DNA of 64,000 nucleotides from Geopsychrobacteraceae bacterium. Lineage in GTDB: Bacteria > Desulfobacterota > Desulfuromonadia > Desulfuromonadales > Geopsychrobacteraceae. The translations under genes and the position numbers were made by a program. The stretch is from the NCBI GenBank assembly GCA_963676795.2, contig CAXXTB010000002.1:1120001-1184000 (forward strand), given 5' to 3'. A model generated the notes under the pieces. The model did no database searches. It was not told the DNA's origin and was given only the letters and a program-made list of their open reading frames with translations. Below are positions 10,237 to 21,163 of this stretch, piece after piece; the first letter of the stretch is position 1; each line of letters begins with the position of its first letter.

Positions 10237-11271
10237 ATGTTTTTGGACGAATTCGACTATGAACTGCCGGAAGAGCTGATTGCTCAGTTTCCTGCTGAGC
10301 AACGAGACGCTTCGCGACTCATGTGCCTGCAGCGTGATACCGGTTTCGTCACATGTGGACAGTTTACAGACATTCCCGACTATTTTAAAGAGGGGGATGT
10401 CCTGGTTTTGAATAATACCATGGTGATTCCGGCGCGCCTGCTGGGCAACAAGCCAAGCGGCGGCAAGGTTGAGATACTGCTGGTTCGTCAGGCTGGCCGG
10501 GGGGATGCCTGTGACTGGTTGTGCCTGACCAAATCTTCGAAGCCGTTGAAAACGGGAGTTCGGATTGAGTTTGCGGAGAATTTTACGGCGCAGATTCTTG
10601 GTGAGGCAGAACCGCCGTACCGTCTAGTTCGTTTTGAATGTGGCGGTGACCTGTTCACTGAACTGGAGAGGATTGGCCATCTGCCGCTGCCGCCTTATAT
10701 CAAGAGGGACGACAATCAGCAGGATCAGAACCGTTATCAGACGGTTTTTGCCCGGGAGAAGGGTGCCGTTGCTGCGCCGACGGCCGGTTTGCATTTCACC
10801 TCCGCCATTCTCGACCAGATCCGTCAGCGTGGAGTGCATATCTGCTCCCTGACCCTGCATGTCGGATTGGGGACCTTCCTGCCGGTCAGGGTCGAAAACG
10901 TGGCTGAGCACAAGATGCATGCGGAGTATTATTCGATCCCGCCTGAGACCGCTGAGGTGGTCAATCTGGCGCATCGCAACGGAGGGCGTGTTTTCGCGCT
11001 GGGGACAACCAGTGCCAGAGCGATGGAAACGGCTGCAACGGAAGACCGTCAGCTGCAGGCCGGTTCGGGGGACAGCGAAATCTTTATCTATCCTGGCTAT
11101 GAGTTCAAGGTTGTCGACGCTCTGGTGACAAATTTCCATTTGCCGAAATCGACCCTGCTGATGCTGGTATCGGCGCTGGCCGGAAAAGACAATATCATGG
11201 CGGCCTATCGTCGCGCGGTTGAAGAGCGTTTCCGTTTTTTCAGCTATGGTGATTGCATGCTGATTATCTAA
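10237..11271 (+). CDS. queA: S-adenosylmethionine:tRNA ribosyltransferase-isomerase
   Basis: FDYELPEELIAQ, GAVAAPTAGLHF, TNFHLPKSTL, FFSYGD. Confidence 0.97.
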   Translation: MFLDEFDYELPEELIAQFPAEQRDASRLMCLQRDTGFVTCGQFTDIPDYFKEGDVLVLNNTMVIPARLLGNKPSGGKVEILLVRQAGRGDACDWLCLTKSSKPLKTGVRIEFAENFTAQILGEAEPPYRLVRFECGGDLFTELERIGHLPLPPYIKRDDNQQDQNRYQTVFAREKGAVAAPTAGLHFTSAILDQIRQRGVHICSLTLHVGLGTFLPVRVENVAEHKMHAEYYSIPPETAEVVNLAHRNGGRVFALGTTSARAMETAATEDRQLQAGSGDSEIFIYPGYEFKVVDALVTNFHLPKSTLLMLVSALAGKDNIMAAYRRAVEERFRFFSYGDCMLII

Positions 11272-11285
11272 TTTGATGGAAGTGA

Positions 11286-12413
<1,128 letters not shown>

Positions 12414-12458
12414 TACTGTTGCGGCACTGAAGCCGTGACCCTAATGAAGGAGGATGTA

Positions 12459-12767
12459 ATGGCGACAGAAGCGTTTGCAATGGCGGGAGCCGCTGCGCAG
12501 GGAGGAAACCCCTATCAACCGATCATCATGCTTGTGGCGATGTTTGCCATTTTCTATTTTCTGCTCATCAGGCCTCAGCAGAAGCGGGCCAAGCAGCAGA
12601 AAGAGATGATGAACAGCCTGCAGCCGGGCGAGAGTGTCGTGACGGCCGGCGGTCTTCATGGCAAGATTACGGCTGTTGAAGATGGTGTCGTCAGTGTCGA
12701 GATCGCCAACGGCGTTGTCATCAAAATCAATCGTGCCTCGATTTCCGAAGTCAAGAGATCCGCATAA
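12459..12767 (+). CDS. yajC: Preprotein translocase subunit YajC
   Basis: FYFLLIRPQQKR, VVTAGGLHG; RBS AGGAGG before ATG 12459. Confidence 0.95.
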   Translation: MATEAFAMAGAAAQGGNPYQPIIMLVAMFAIFYFLLIRPQQKRAKQQKEMMNSLQPGESVVTAGGLHGKITAVEDGVVSVEIANGVVIKINRASISEVKRSA

Positions 12768-12811
12768 TCGATTCCACTTATATCTTCATCGATACATTCA
12801 GGGAGATCTAG

Positions 12812-14407
12812 ATGTCTAACAGTCTGAAACTCAGGGGTATACTGGTTGTTCTCTGTATCCTCCTGGCCATTTTTGCCATAGCGCCTACTGTCATGCGCGG
12901 CAGCCTGCCGCAATGGTGGACGAATACTGTCGGGCCGATCCAGCTTGGCCTCGACCTGCAGGGGGGGATGCACCTGGTCCTTGGGGTTGATGCCGACAAA
13001 GCAGTCGAGAGCCGGATCGACACGGTCATCGATCAACTTGAAAACGATCTGCGCGAAAAGGATCTCATCTTCAAGCGGATCGAACGTCAGGGTGATCGCC
13101 TTGCCGTTATCGTCTACGACGATCAGGAAGGCGCCAAGATCGATGCTCTGATGGCGGACCAGTTTCCGAGCATGGAAGGGGAAACCCTGACCGGTGCTGG
13201 CGGCTATGTCGAGAAACACTACCGTCTGAGCGATAACGAGATCGAAAATATCAAGGACTACGCTGTCCGGCAGGCGCTCGAAACCATGCGTAACCGGGTC
13301 GATCAGTTCGGCGTCAGTGAGCCGACCCTGCAGCGTCAGAGCGGTAACCGCATTCTGATCCAGCTGCCGGGTGTCGAAGATCCGGAGCGTGCTATCGCCC
13401 TGCTCGGTAAAACCGCCCGTCTCGAATTCAAGATGGTCGATGAGACCGCCAACCTTCAGGACGCTGTCGCAGGCAACCTCAAGCCGGGGACCCAGCTGCT
13501 CTATGAGCGTAACGTCAACAAGGCGACCGGCGGTGTGAGCGAGACCCCTCTGGTTGTTTTTGACAAGACCGCTCTGACCGGTGACCTGCTCGCCGACGCC
13601 AATGTGCGTATCGATACCCGTTTCAATGAACCCTATGTCGCCATCGACTTCAACGCTGTCGGTGCTAAGCGTTTTGACCAGATCACTGCTGCCAACGTCG
13701 GCAAGCGGATGGCGATCGTCCTCGATGACACGGTCTATTCGGCTCCGGTCATCCGTGAGCGGATTTCCGGTGGCAGCGCCCAGATCTCCGGTTCCTTTAC
13801 CTCGCAGGAAGCGACCGACCTGGCGATTGTCCTGCGTGCAGGTTCGCTGCCCGCGCCGGTCAAGATCCTCGAAAACCGTACCGTCGGACCATCCCTGGGA
13901 CAGGATTCGATCGATCGCGGCATCAAGTCGATCTGGGTCGGTGGTATCTTGGTTATTCTGGCGATTCTCGTCTATTATCAACTCTCGGGTGTCGTTGCTG
14001 TTATCGCTCTGGTTCTCAATATCGTCTTCATCACGGCGCTGCTGTCTCTGTTCGGTGCGACCCTGACCCTGCCGGGCCTGGCTGGTATCGTTCTGACCGT
14101 CGGTATGGCTGTTGATGCCAACGTGCTGATCTTTGAGCGGGTTCGGGAAGAACTGCGTCTTGGTCGGGCACCGAAGCTGGCTCTCGACTCGGGTTACAGT
14201 AAGGCGTTTTTGACCATTATCGATGCCAATATTACCACCCTGATCGCCGCTCTGGTTCTCTTTCAGTTCGGTACCGGTCCGGTCCGCGGTTTTGCCGTTA
14301 CCCTGTCGATCGGTATTCTTGCGTCCCTGTTTACCGCTATCTTTGTCTCTCGTGTAATTTTTGATCTGTTCTTGTCTGGCCGCGACGTCAAGCGGCTGAG
14401 TATATAA
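12812..14407 (+). CDS. secD: Protein translocase subunit SecD
   Basis: LGLDLQGG, RVDQFGVSEP, VGPSLG, GMAVDANVLIFER. Confidence 0.97.
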   Translation: MSNSLKLRGILVVLCILLAIFAIAPTVMRGSLPQWWTNTVGPIQLGLDLQGGMHLVLGVDADKAVESRIDTVIDQLENDLREKDLIFKRIERQGDRLAVIVYDDQEGAKIDALMADQFPSMEGETLTGAGGYVEKHYRLSDNEIENIKDYAVRQALETMRNRVDQFGVSEPTLQRQSGNRILIQLPGVEDPERAIALLGKTARLEFKMVDETANLQDAVAGNLKPGTQLLYERNVNKATGGVSETPLVVFDKTALTGDLLADANVRIDTRFNEPYVAIDFNAVGAKRFDQITAANVGKRMAIVLDDTVYSAPVIRERISGGSAQISGSFTSQEATDLAIVLRAGSLPAPVKILENRTVGPSLGQDSIDRGIKSIWVGGILVILAILVYYQLSGVVAVIALVLNIVFITALLSLFGATLTLPGLAGIVLTVGMAVDANVLIFERVREELRLGRAPKLALDSGYSKAFLTIIDANITTLIAALVLFQFGTGPVRGFAVTLSIGILASLFTAIFVSRVIFDLFLSGRDVKRLSI

Positions 14408-14422
14408 GGAGGCTGAGCGGAA

Positions 14423-15337
14423 ATGCAGTTGATCAAACCAGATGTCAATTTCGATTTTGTTGGCAAGCGTAAAGCCGCCATCATTCTTTCTGTGGTCCTG
14501 ATTTTGATCGGAATCGTCTCCCTTATTGTCAAGGGCGGCCCCGATTACGGTGTCGATTTCGCCGGCGGCACCCTGATTCAAGTCAAGTTTGAACAGGCCA
14601 CTGAACCTGCTGAAATCAAGACGGCGATTGCCGATCTTAACCTGGGCAGTCCGGTTGTCCAGACCTTTGGCGAAAGCCAGAGCGAATACCTGATTCGTGT
14701 CGAACAGACCACCGCCGAGCTCGAAGGCTTGTCCCAGAAGGTTCAGGCTGACCTGGAGAAAACCTTCGGTGCTGGTAAGGTCGATATTCGCCGGGTTGAA
14801 ATGGTCGGTCCTCAGGTCGGTAAGGATCTGCGCAGTAAGGGACTTCAGGCGATCCTCTATGCCATGATCGGGATTCTGATCTACATCTCCTGGCGTTTCG
14901 AGTTCCGCTTTGCCATCGGGGCGATCGTCGCCCTGGTTCATGACGTGCTGATCACCCTCGGCATGTTCAGTGTCTTCGGCAAGGAGATCGACCTGCCGAT
15001 CATCGCGGCTTTTCTGGCGATTATCGGTTATTCGCTGAACGATACTATCATCGTCTATGACCGGATTCGCGAGAATATGGCCAAGCACAACAAGGAGAGC
15101 TTCTCGTTCATCGTCAATCGCAGCATCAACGAGACTCTCTCCAGAACACTGCTGACCTCCGGCACGACCTTGCTGGTTGTCCTGGCCCTGTTTGCCCTGG
15201 GGGGCGGGGTTATTCACAACTTTGCCTTTGCGATGCTGGTCGGGGTTATCGTCGGGACCTACTCCTCGATCTTTGTTGCCAGCCCGATTCTGATCTTCTG
15301 GCAGCAGAAAAAAGTGAAGAAAGTTACTGCGTCCTGA
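14423..15337 (+). CDS. secF: Protein translocase subunit SecF
   Basis: GVDFAGGT, IGYSLNDTIIVYDRIRE, GTYSSIFVASP. Confidence 0.97.
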   Translation: MQLIKPDVNFDFVGKRKAAIILSVVLILIGIVSLIVKGGPDYGVDFAGGTLIQVKFEQATEPAEIKTAIADLNLGSPVVQTFGESQSEYLIRVEQTTAELEGLSQKVQADLEKTFGAGKVDIRRVEMVGPQVGKDLRSKGLQAILYAMIGILIYISWRFEFRFAIGAIVALVHDVLITLGMFSVFGKEIDLPIIAAFLAIIGYSLNDTIIVYDRIRENMAKHNKESFSFIVNRSINETLSRTLLTSGTTLLVVLALFALGGGVIHNFAFAMLVGVIVGTYSSIFVASPILIFWQQKKVKKVTAS

Positions 15338-15350
15338 TAAAGGAGCTGTC

Positions 15351-15926
15351 ATGAAAAAAGAAACGGTTCTGCTGGTTGTTGTTGTTCTGGTCGCCGGAAT
15401 TCTGATCGGTGTGATCGTTTCTAACATGCGTAAGGATAATCGGCAGTCGTCGCCGTCACCGGTCGTACCATCGGCGGCGATTGTCGATCATCAGCAACGG
15501 ATCGCCACGCTTGAGGAGATCGTTGCCAAAGAACCGCAGAACCGCAATGCCTGGGTTCAGCTGGGTCATAACTTCTTTGACTCCGAGCAGCCGATGAAGG
15601 CGATTGATGCCTACGCCAAGGCGCTTGAACTTGACGCCGACGATCCTGATATCCTGACCGACCAGGGGATCATGTTTCGCCGGGTAGGCTGGTATGACAG
15701 GGCGATCGCCAACTTTATCAGGGCCACTGACTTAAAACCGGATCATCAGCAGAGCCTCTACAATCTTGGGATCATCTACCGCTACGATCTCAAGGATTTT
15801 GCCAGTGCGGCTCAGGCCTGGGGACGTTTGCTTGAGCTCGACCCGAACGGCCCGAATGCGACTCAGCTGAAGGCTGAAGTCGAATTCCTCAAGACCCACA
15901 TGCAGCTGGTCCACCCCCAACAATAA
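15351..15926 (+). CDS. Membrane-anchored TPR protein
   Basis: N-terminal TM followed by 3-4 TPR repeats (AWVQLG, ILTDQG, SLYNLG). Confidence 0.8.
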   Translation: MKKETVLLVVVVLVAGILIGVIVSNMRKDNRQSSPSPVVPSAAIVDHQQRIATLEEIVAKEPQNRNAWVQLGHNFFDSEQPMKAIDAYAKALELDADDPDILTDQGIMFRRVGWYDRAIANFIRATDLKPDHQQSLYNLGIIYRYDLKDFASAAQAWGRLLELDPNGPNATQLKAEVEFLKTHMQLVHPQQ

Positions 15927-15930
15927 GATC

Positions 15931-15957
15931 AAAGCCGGGTTTTGGCCCGGCTTTTTT
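15931..15957 (+). terminator. Terminator after the secDF-TPR operon
   Basis: AAAGCCGGGT-tttg-GCCCGGCTTTTTT. Confidence 0.8.
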
Positions 15958-15972
15958 GCTTGGATTAGACAA

Positions 15973-17682
15973 ATGCAGCCTATTTATCGGAGGCGCTGGC
16001 AACTGCGCCAGAACAAGCCGCAACCTGAGCTGGTCAGCGAACTGGCCAGGCTTCTGCATATCAATCCCCTGACAGCACAGATTCTGGTGTTGCGCGGAAT
16101 CAGCGATGTGCCCAGCGGCGAGGAGTTTCTGCGCGCTAACCTGAGCTGTCTGCCCGACCCCGACCTGCTGCCCGATATGCGAATTGCCTGTCAGCGGATC
16201 GAGCTGGCTCTGATGCACGGGGAGCGGATCGCGATCCATGGCGACTATGATGTCGACGGGATCAGCGGCTGCTCACTGCTGGTCGAGGTGCTGCGCAAGC
16301 TCGGTGCAGAAGTCGATTATCATATCCCGTTACGCCTGGTCGACGGCTACGGTCTGTCGGCTGAGGCCCTGCGTAAGGCCGCTGAGCATGGCTGCAGTTT
16401 GGCTATCTCGGTGGACTGTGGGGTCAGTGCTGTGTCTGAAGCGGAGCTTGCCGCCGAGCTTGGTCTCGATCTGATTATCACCGATCACCATCAGCCCCCG
16501 GACCAGTTGCCCAGGTGTCTGGCACTGATCAATCCGCATCTGTCCGGCTGCCGCTTCCCCTGGCGCGAGCTCTCCGGAGTCGGCGTTGCATTTTTTCTGT
16601 TAGCGGGCCTGCGTCGCCGGTTGCGGGAAAACGGCTATTTTGAAAGTCATCCTGAACCTGATCTGCGTCAGAGCCTCGATCTGGTTGCGCTCGGTACGAT
16701 TGCCGATATTGTCCCATTGGGCGGGGTGAACCGGATCCTGACCCGCAGCGGGCTGCAACTGATGGAGCGGGACAGCCGGCCGGGGCTCACGGCGCTCAAG
16801 CAGGTTGCCGATGTCAAGCAGGTGACCAGCGGGGTGGTCGGCTTCAGATTGGCCCCGAGGCTCAATGCTGCCGGTCGCCTGGAAGATGCCGCCCTGGGAG
16901 TGCAACTGCTGCTCAACGAGGACGGGGATCTGGCAGGACTCGCAAGCCTGCTTGACGGTTTTAACCGTGAACGTCAGCTGCTTGAACAGAAAACCTTGCA
17001 GGAAGCCTGCCGCAAGGTCGAAGACGAAATCTCAGATGACAGCTACAGTATCGTGCTGGCTGGTGACGACTGGCACCCCGGCGTCATCGGCATCGTCGCC
17101 AGTCGGCTGGTAGAACGCTATCATCGCCCGGTTGTCATGCTTGCTGTTGATGGTGAGCAGGCCAAGGGGTCAGCCCGTTCGATCAAGGGATTTCATCTCC
17201 ATCGTGGTTTGCAGGATTGTGCCGGGCAGCTGAGTGCTTTTGGCGGGCATGAGATGGCTGCCGGTATGTCCCTGGAGAAATGTACCATCGACGCATTCAG
17301 AAGCAGTTTCGAACTGGCCTGTCGCAACCAGCTGCAGGAGGATGATCTGGTTCCGGTCGCCCTCCATGATGGTGAGGTTGAACTTGAGCAGATCACCCGG
17401 AAATGGCTTGCAGAACTTGAATTGCTCAACCCCTGCGGAGCGGGCAATCCTCAGCCCGCGTTTGTTAGCCAGCGCTGCCGGGTCCTTGACGCCCGGGTGC
17501 TTGCCGATAAACATCTTAAATTCAGTGTCGAACAACAGGGATCACGGGTTGATTGCATCGCTTTCGGTATGGCCGAACGCTATGCTGAGCTGGCCGGCTG
17601 TGTCGATCTGTTATATCGTCCCGGCTTGAATAGCTGGCGCGGAACAACCTCGGTTCAGCTGCAGGTTATGGATTTTCGTTGA
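15973..17682 (+). CDS. recJ: Single-stranded-DNA-specific exonuclease RecJ
   Basis: GDYDVDG, TDHH, PRLNAAGRL, GSARS, GGH..AAG. Confidence 0.96.
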   Translation: MQPIYRRRWQLRQNKPQPELVSELARLLHINPLTAQILVLRGISDVPSGEEFLRANLSCLPDPDLLPDMRIACQRIELALMHGERIAIHGDYDVDGISGCSLLVEVLRKLGAEVDYHIPLRLVDGYGLSAEALRKAAEHGCSLAISVDCGVSAVSEAELAAELGLDLIITDHHQPPDQLPRCLALINPHLSGCRFPWRELSGVGVAFFLLAGLRRRLRENGYFESHPEPDLRQSLDLVALGTIADIVPLGGVNRILTRSGLQLMERDSRPGLTALKQVADVKQVTSGVVGFRLAPRLNAAGRLEDAALGVQLLLNEDGDLAGLASLLDGFNRERQLLEQKTLQEACRKVEDEISDDSYSIVLAGDDWHPGVIGIVASRLVERYHRPVVMLAVDGEQAKGSARSIKGFHLHRGLQDCAGQLSAFGGHEMAAGMSLEKCTIDAFRSSFELACRNQLQEDDLVPVALHDGEVELEQITRKWLAELELLNPCGAGNPQPAFVSQRCRVLDARVLADKHLKFSVEQQGSRVDCIAFGMAERYAELAGCVDLLYRPGLNSWRGTTSVQLQVMDFR

Positions 17683-17693
17683 TTGGATTGACT

Positions 17694-18674
17694 ATGGAAG
17701 AAACGAGTCTTGTTGAACAACTGGCTGACAGGCTGGCATGTAAAACCGAGATCGGTGCCGTTCTGGCTGAGCACAACAGCTGGAGGATCGGTGGCAGGGC
17801 TGACCTGCTGATCGAGCCGGAGAGTATAGCGCAGGTCGCTGCAGCCGTATGTCTGGTGCGTGATTCCGGGCTGCCGCTGCTGGTGATCGGTCAGGGAACC
17901 AACCTGCTGTTTGATGATGCCGGTGTTCGCGGTGTGGTCCTGAAACTGGGAGAGCGCTTTTCGGCTATCAGGTTTGACGGCCAGGAGATTTATGCGCAAG
18001 CCGGGGCCTGGGTGCCTCAGCTCGCCCGGTTGGCGATGAAGCAGGGCTTGGCCGGGCTTGAACACTGCATAGGCATTCCGGGTACCGTCGGTGGTTTGGT
18101 CGCCATGAACGGTGGCAGTCAGCGCCATGCTATCGGTGAAAATATAGTCGGGGTGACCGTCGTCGACCGCCATGGGAATGTGGTCGAGCTCAGCAATGAG
18201 CAGTGTCATTTCGGTTACCGGCACAGTGCTCTACAGGAGAGCGGACAGATCGTTGTTGGCGCAAAGCTCTACTGTCCGCAGGCGGCAGTGACTCAGGTTC
18301 GCCGAGAGATGCTCAGCGATCTGCGGATCAGGCGTTCAAAATTCCCGCGCAAGGAGCCGAACTGCGGTTCGGTTTTCTTAAGCACCAGCGAAATGCACGC
18401 AAGCTTTGGACCGCCGGGTAAGATCATTGAAGAGGCGGGGCTCAAGGGGGAACGCTGCGGTCAGGCCCAGGTTTCGCACAAGCATGCCAACTTTATTGTC
18501 AACCTCGGCGGTGCCAGCTCCCGGGATGTTCTTGCCCTGATCTCCCGTATTCGCGACCTTGTCCGTAAGCGGATCGGTTTTGATCTCTGTTGTGAGGTCC
18601 GCTACGTCAGTCCCGCCTGCGAAGTGATTCCCGCCCACAAAAAAGCGGATGAGCTGTTCGGCTCACCCGCTTGA
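17694..18674 (+). CDS. murB: UDP-N-acetylmuramate dehydrogenase
   Basis: WRIGGRA, IGQGTNLL, GIPGTVGG..MNGG, NCGSVF, KHANFIVN. Confidence 0.9.
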   Translation: MEETSLVEQLADRLACKTEIGAVLAEHNSWRIGGRADLLIEPESIAQVAAAVCLVRDSGLPLLVIGQGTNLLFDDAGVRGVVLKLGERFSAIRFDGQEIYAQAGAWVPQLARLAMKQGLAGLEHCIGIPGTVGGLVAMNGGSQRHAIGENIVGVTVVDRHGNVVELSNEQCHFGYRHSALQESGQIVVGAKLYCPQAAVTQVRREMLSDLRIRRSKFPRKEPNCGSVFLSTSEMHASFGPPGKIIEEAGLKGERCGQAQVSHKHANFIVNLGGASSRDVLALISRIRDLVRKRIGFDLCCEVRYVSPACEVIPAHKKADELFGSPA

Positions 18675-18692
18675 ATTTCTTGACGGCAAGGT

Positions 18693-19874
18693 TTACAGAC
18701 CGACCTCTTTGGCCAGCTTTTCCCAGACCGGCAAGCTGCGTTCGATGATATCGTCATCGATGCAGTACGCGATACGGAAGTAGCCGGGGGCACCGAAGCC
18801 GCTGCCTGGAACCAGCAGGATCCGGTTTTCCGTCGCTTTCCTGATAAATTCCATCTCATCGGCCAGCGGTGATTTGGGGAAGAGGTAGAATCCGCCGCCC
18901 GGTTTGACGACCTCGAAACCCAGCTCGGTCAGTTTGTTATAGAGCATGTCGCGTTTACGGCGATAGGGTTCGATCGGCACACTGGTGCGCTGCAGGCTGG
19001 TGACCAGCCTTTGCATCAGCGCCGGTGCGTTGACGAAGCCGAGTACGCGGTTGCAGAATATAGCCCCCTGCATGAACAGGTTGACGTCGTTCAACTGCGG
19101 GTTGGCAGCGATGTAGCCGATCCGCTCTCCCGGCAGGGCCAGGTCCTTGGAGTGAGAGGTGACGATAACCGAATTGCTGATGCAGTTGAAGATACAGGGG
19201 ACCTCTTCGCCAAAACTGATCTTGGCATAGGGTTCGTCGGAGATGGCCAGGATGGTGATGCCGAACTCCTGCTCCTTGGCTGCGAGCAATTTGCCCAACT
19301 GCTTCAGGATCGCCTGTGGATAGATCACCCCAGTCGGGTTGTTTGGCGAATTGATGATGATGCCACGGGTCCGTTCGTTGATCGCCGAGGCTATGGCCTC
19401 CAGGTCTGGCTGGAAGTTCTCATCGGTGGTCACTTCGACCGGAATTCCCCCCTGGTTGTCGATGTAGAATTTGTATTCGACAAAGTAGGGGGAGAGAATG
19501 ATAACCTCGTCGCCCGGGTTGAGTAGGGTTTTGAGGACGACATTGAGGGCCGCACCCGCGCCGCAGGTCATAACAATGTGGCTGCCATTGACCGGCAGTC
19601 CGCAGTTCTCGGCAATAGCTTCTGCGACGGCGGTGCGTGTTTCGTCGTAACCGGCGTTGTTCATATAGCGATGCATGCCGGGAATCGGCTGGTCGGCGAT
19701 CCTCTTCAGCTCCTGATGCAGCTCTTCAGGCGGCTCCATGGTCGGGTTGCCCAGGGTGAAATCGAAGACGTTTTCGGCACCGTACTGCTGGCGCAGGGTG
19801 TTCCCCTCTTCGAACATCTTGCGAATCCAGGATGCCTTCTCGATATGGCTTTTGATCTTGTTGGAAATCGGCAT
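18693..19874 (-). CDS. PLP-dependent class I aminotransferase (aspartate aminotransferase family)
   Basis: NSPNNPTG, SDEPY, SHSKDLALPGERIGY, PGSGFG. Confidence 0.9.
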   Translation of the reverse strand: MPISNKIKSHIEKASWIRKMFEEGNTLRQQYGAENVFDFTLGNPTMEPPEELHQELKRIADQPIPGMHRYMNNAGYDETRTAVAEAIAENCGLPVNGSHIVMTCGAGAALNVVLKTLLNPGDEVIILSPYFVEYKFYIDNQGGIPVEVTTDENFQPDLEAIASAINERTRGIIINSPNNPTGVIYPQAILKQLGKLLAAKEQEFGITILAISDEPYAKISFGEEVPCIFNCISNSVIVTSHSKDLALPGERIGYIAANPQLNDVNLFMQGAIFCNRVLGFVNAPALMQRLVTSLQRTSVPIEPYRRKRDMLYNKLTELGFEVVKPGGGFYLFPKSPLADEMEFIRKATENRILLVPGSGFGAPGYFRIAYCIDDDIIERSLPVWEKLAKEVGL

Positions 19875-19922
19875 TGCTTAGATCCTTCATTTAAGAGATG
19901 AAATTGATTTGAAAATTGCTGA

Positions 19923-19951
19923 AGTTTAGCCTTCAGTGGCATCCCGGTCAA
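19923..19951 (-). promoter_or_regulatory. sigma70-type promoter for the aminotransferase
   Basis: Minus strand TTGACC(19951-19946)-17 bp-TAAACT(19928-19923). Confidence 0.6.
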
Positions 19952-19985
19952 GTGCGCTTTGCCGATGCTTGACAGTGTTCCGAAA

Positions 19986-20014
19986 TTGATTTTTGTCCTG
20001 CTTTGGGCTACAGT
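19986..20014 (+). promoter_or_regulatory. sigma70-type promoter for pheA-tyrA
   Basis: TTGATT(19986-19991)-17 bp-TACAGT(20009-20014). Confidence 0.55.
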
Positions 20015-20059
20015 CCTGCACTCACATTTCATTTATACAGACGAAAGCGAAAAAAGGTT

Positions 20060-21163
20060 ATGAGCGAAGACAAGCTGAAAGGGTTGCGTGAACAGATCGA
20101 CCAGATTGACGACAATATCCTCGATCTCCTCAACCGCAGGGCCAGTGTTGTTCTTGAGGTGGGCAAGGCCAAGCATGGACGTTCCGAACAGGCTTTTTAC
20201 GTCCCCAGCCGCGAAAAGGCCATCTACGAGCGGCTCACCGCCCAGAACCCGGGCCCTTTTCCCAACGACGGTGTCTGCAAGGTCTTCCGTGAGATCATTT
20301 CGGCCTCACTGAACATGGAAATGCCGATGAAGGTCGCTTTCCTAGGTCCGCAAGGGACCTTCACCCATATGGCGGCGACCCAGCAGTTTGGTCTGTCTGC
20401 CCAGCTGCTGCCGCTCAAAAGCATTCCGGCGGTCTTTGAGGATGTCGCTCGGGGCAGGAGTCACTACGGCGTGGTTCCGGTCGAGAACTCGACCGAAGGG
20501 GTGGTCAACCACACCCTGGATATGTTCATCGATTCCGATCTGCAGGTGATCGCAGAGATCATGCTGGAGATTTCCCATAATCTGATGTCAAAGAGCGGCC
20601 AGGTGGACAGGATCAGCAAGATCGTCTCCCATCCGCAGCCATTGGCCCAGTGCCGTCATTGGCTGGAAACCAACATGCCGGATACCCCGCAGCTCGACGT
20701 TTCCAGTACGGCTGCAGCAGCTCAGATGGCGGCCGAAGATGACTCGGTTGCCGCGATCGCTAGTGCTGCCGCCCAGGACCTTTACGGGTTGCAGACCGTC
20801 AAGGCGCATATCGAGGACAATCCGAACAACTACACGCGCTTTCTGGTGATCGGCAAAACAACCTCGAACAAGAGTGGTGCGGACAAGACATCGATCATGT
20901 TCAGTATCAAGGATGAGCCGGGGATCCTCTATCGCATGCTGGAGCCGTTCAGCGCTCGCCGGATCAATCTGTCCAAGATCGAAAGCCGGCCGATGAAGCA
21001 GCGTGCCTGGGAATACATCTTCTTTCTCGACATGATCGGTCATATTGATGATGTGGATATTACAGAGGCCATCGAAGAATTGCGCCCTCATTGTCACTTT
21101 CTCAAGGTCCTGGGCTCCTACCCGATTGCCAGAAAAGGGGTCCGTGAGGGAGGGCAGAGCTGA
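20060..21163 (+). CDS. pheA: Bifunctional chorismate mutase / prephenate dehydratase
   Basis: LREQIDQID (chorismate mutase), VPVENSTEG, NYTRF, ESRP, LGSYP; ATG at 20060. Confidence 0.96.
   Translation: MSEDKLKGLREQIDQIDDNILDLLNRRASVVLEVGKAKHGRSEQAFYVPSREKAIYERLTAQNPGPFPNDGVCKVFREIISASLNMEMPMKVAFLGPQGTFTHMAATQQFGLSAQLLPLKSIPAVFEDVARGRSHYGVVPVENSTEGVVNHTLDMFIDSDLQVIAEIMLEISHNLMSKSGQVDRISKIVSHPQPLAQCRHWLETNMPDTPQLDVSSTAAAAQMAAEDDSVAAIASAAAQDLYGLQTVKAHIEDNPNNYTRFLVIGKTTSNKSGADKTSIMFSIKDEPGILYRMLEPFSARRINLSKIESRPMKQRAWEYIFFLDMIGHIDDVDITEAIEELRPHCHFLKVLGSYPIARKGVREGGQS

Noticed and set aside
12656..15427. 923-aa minus-strand ORF
   Set aside because: Exact antisense shadow of secD-secF caused by their codon bias; no recognisable motifs.
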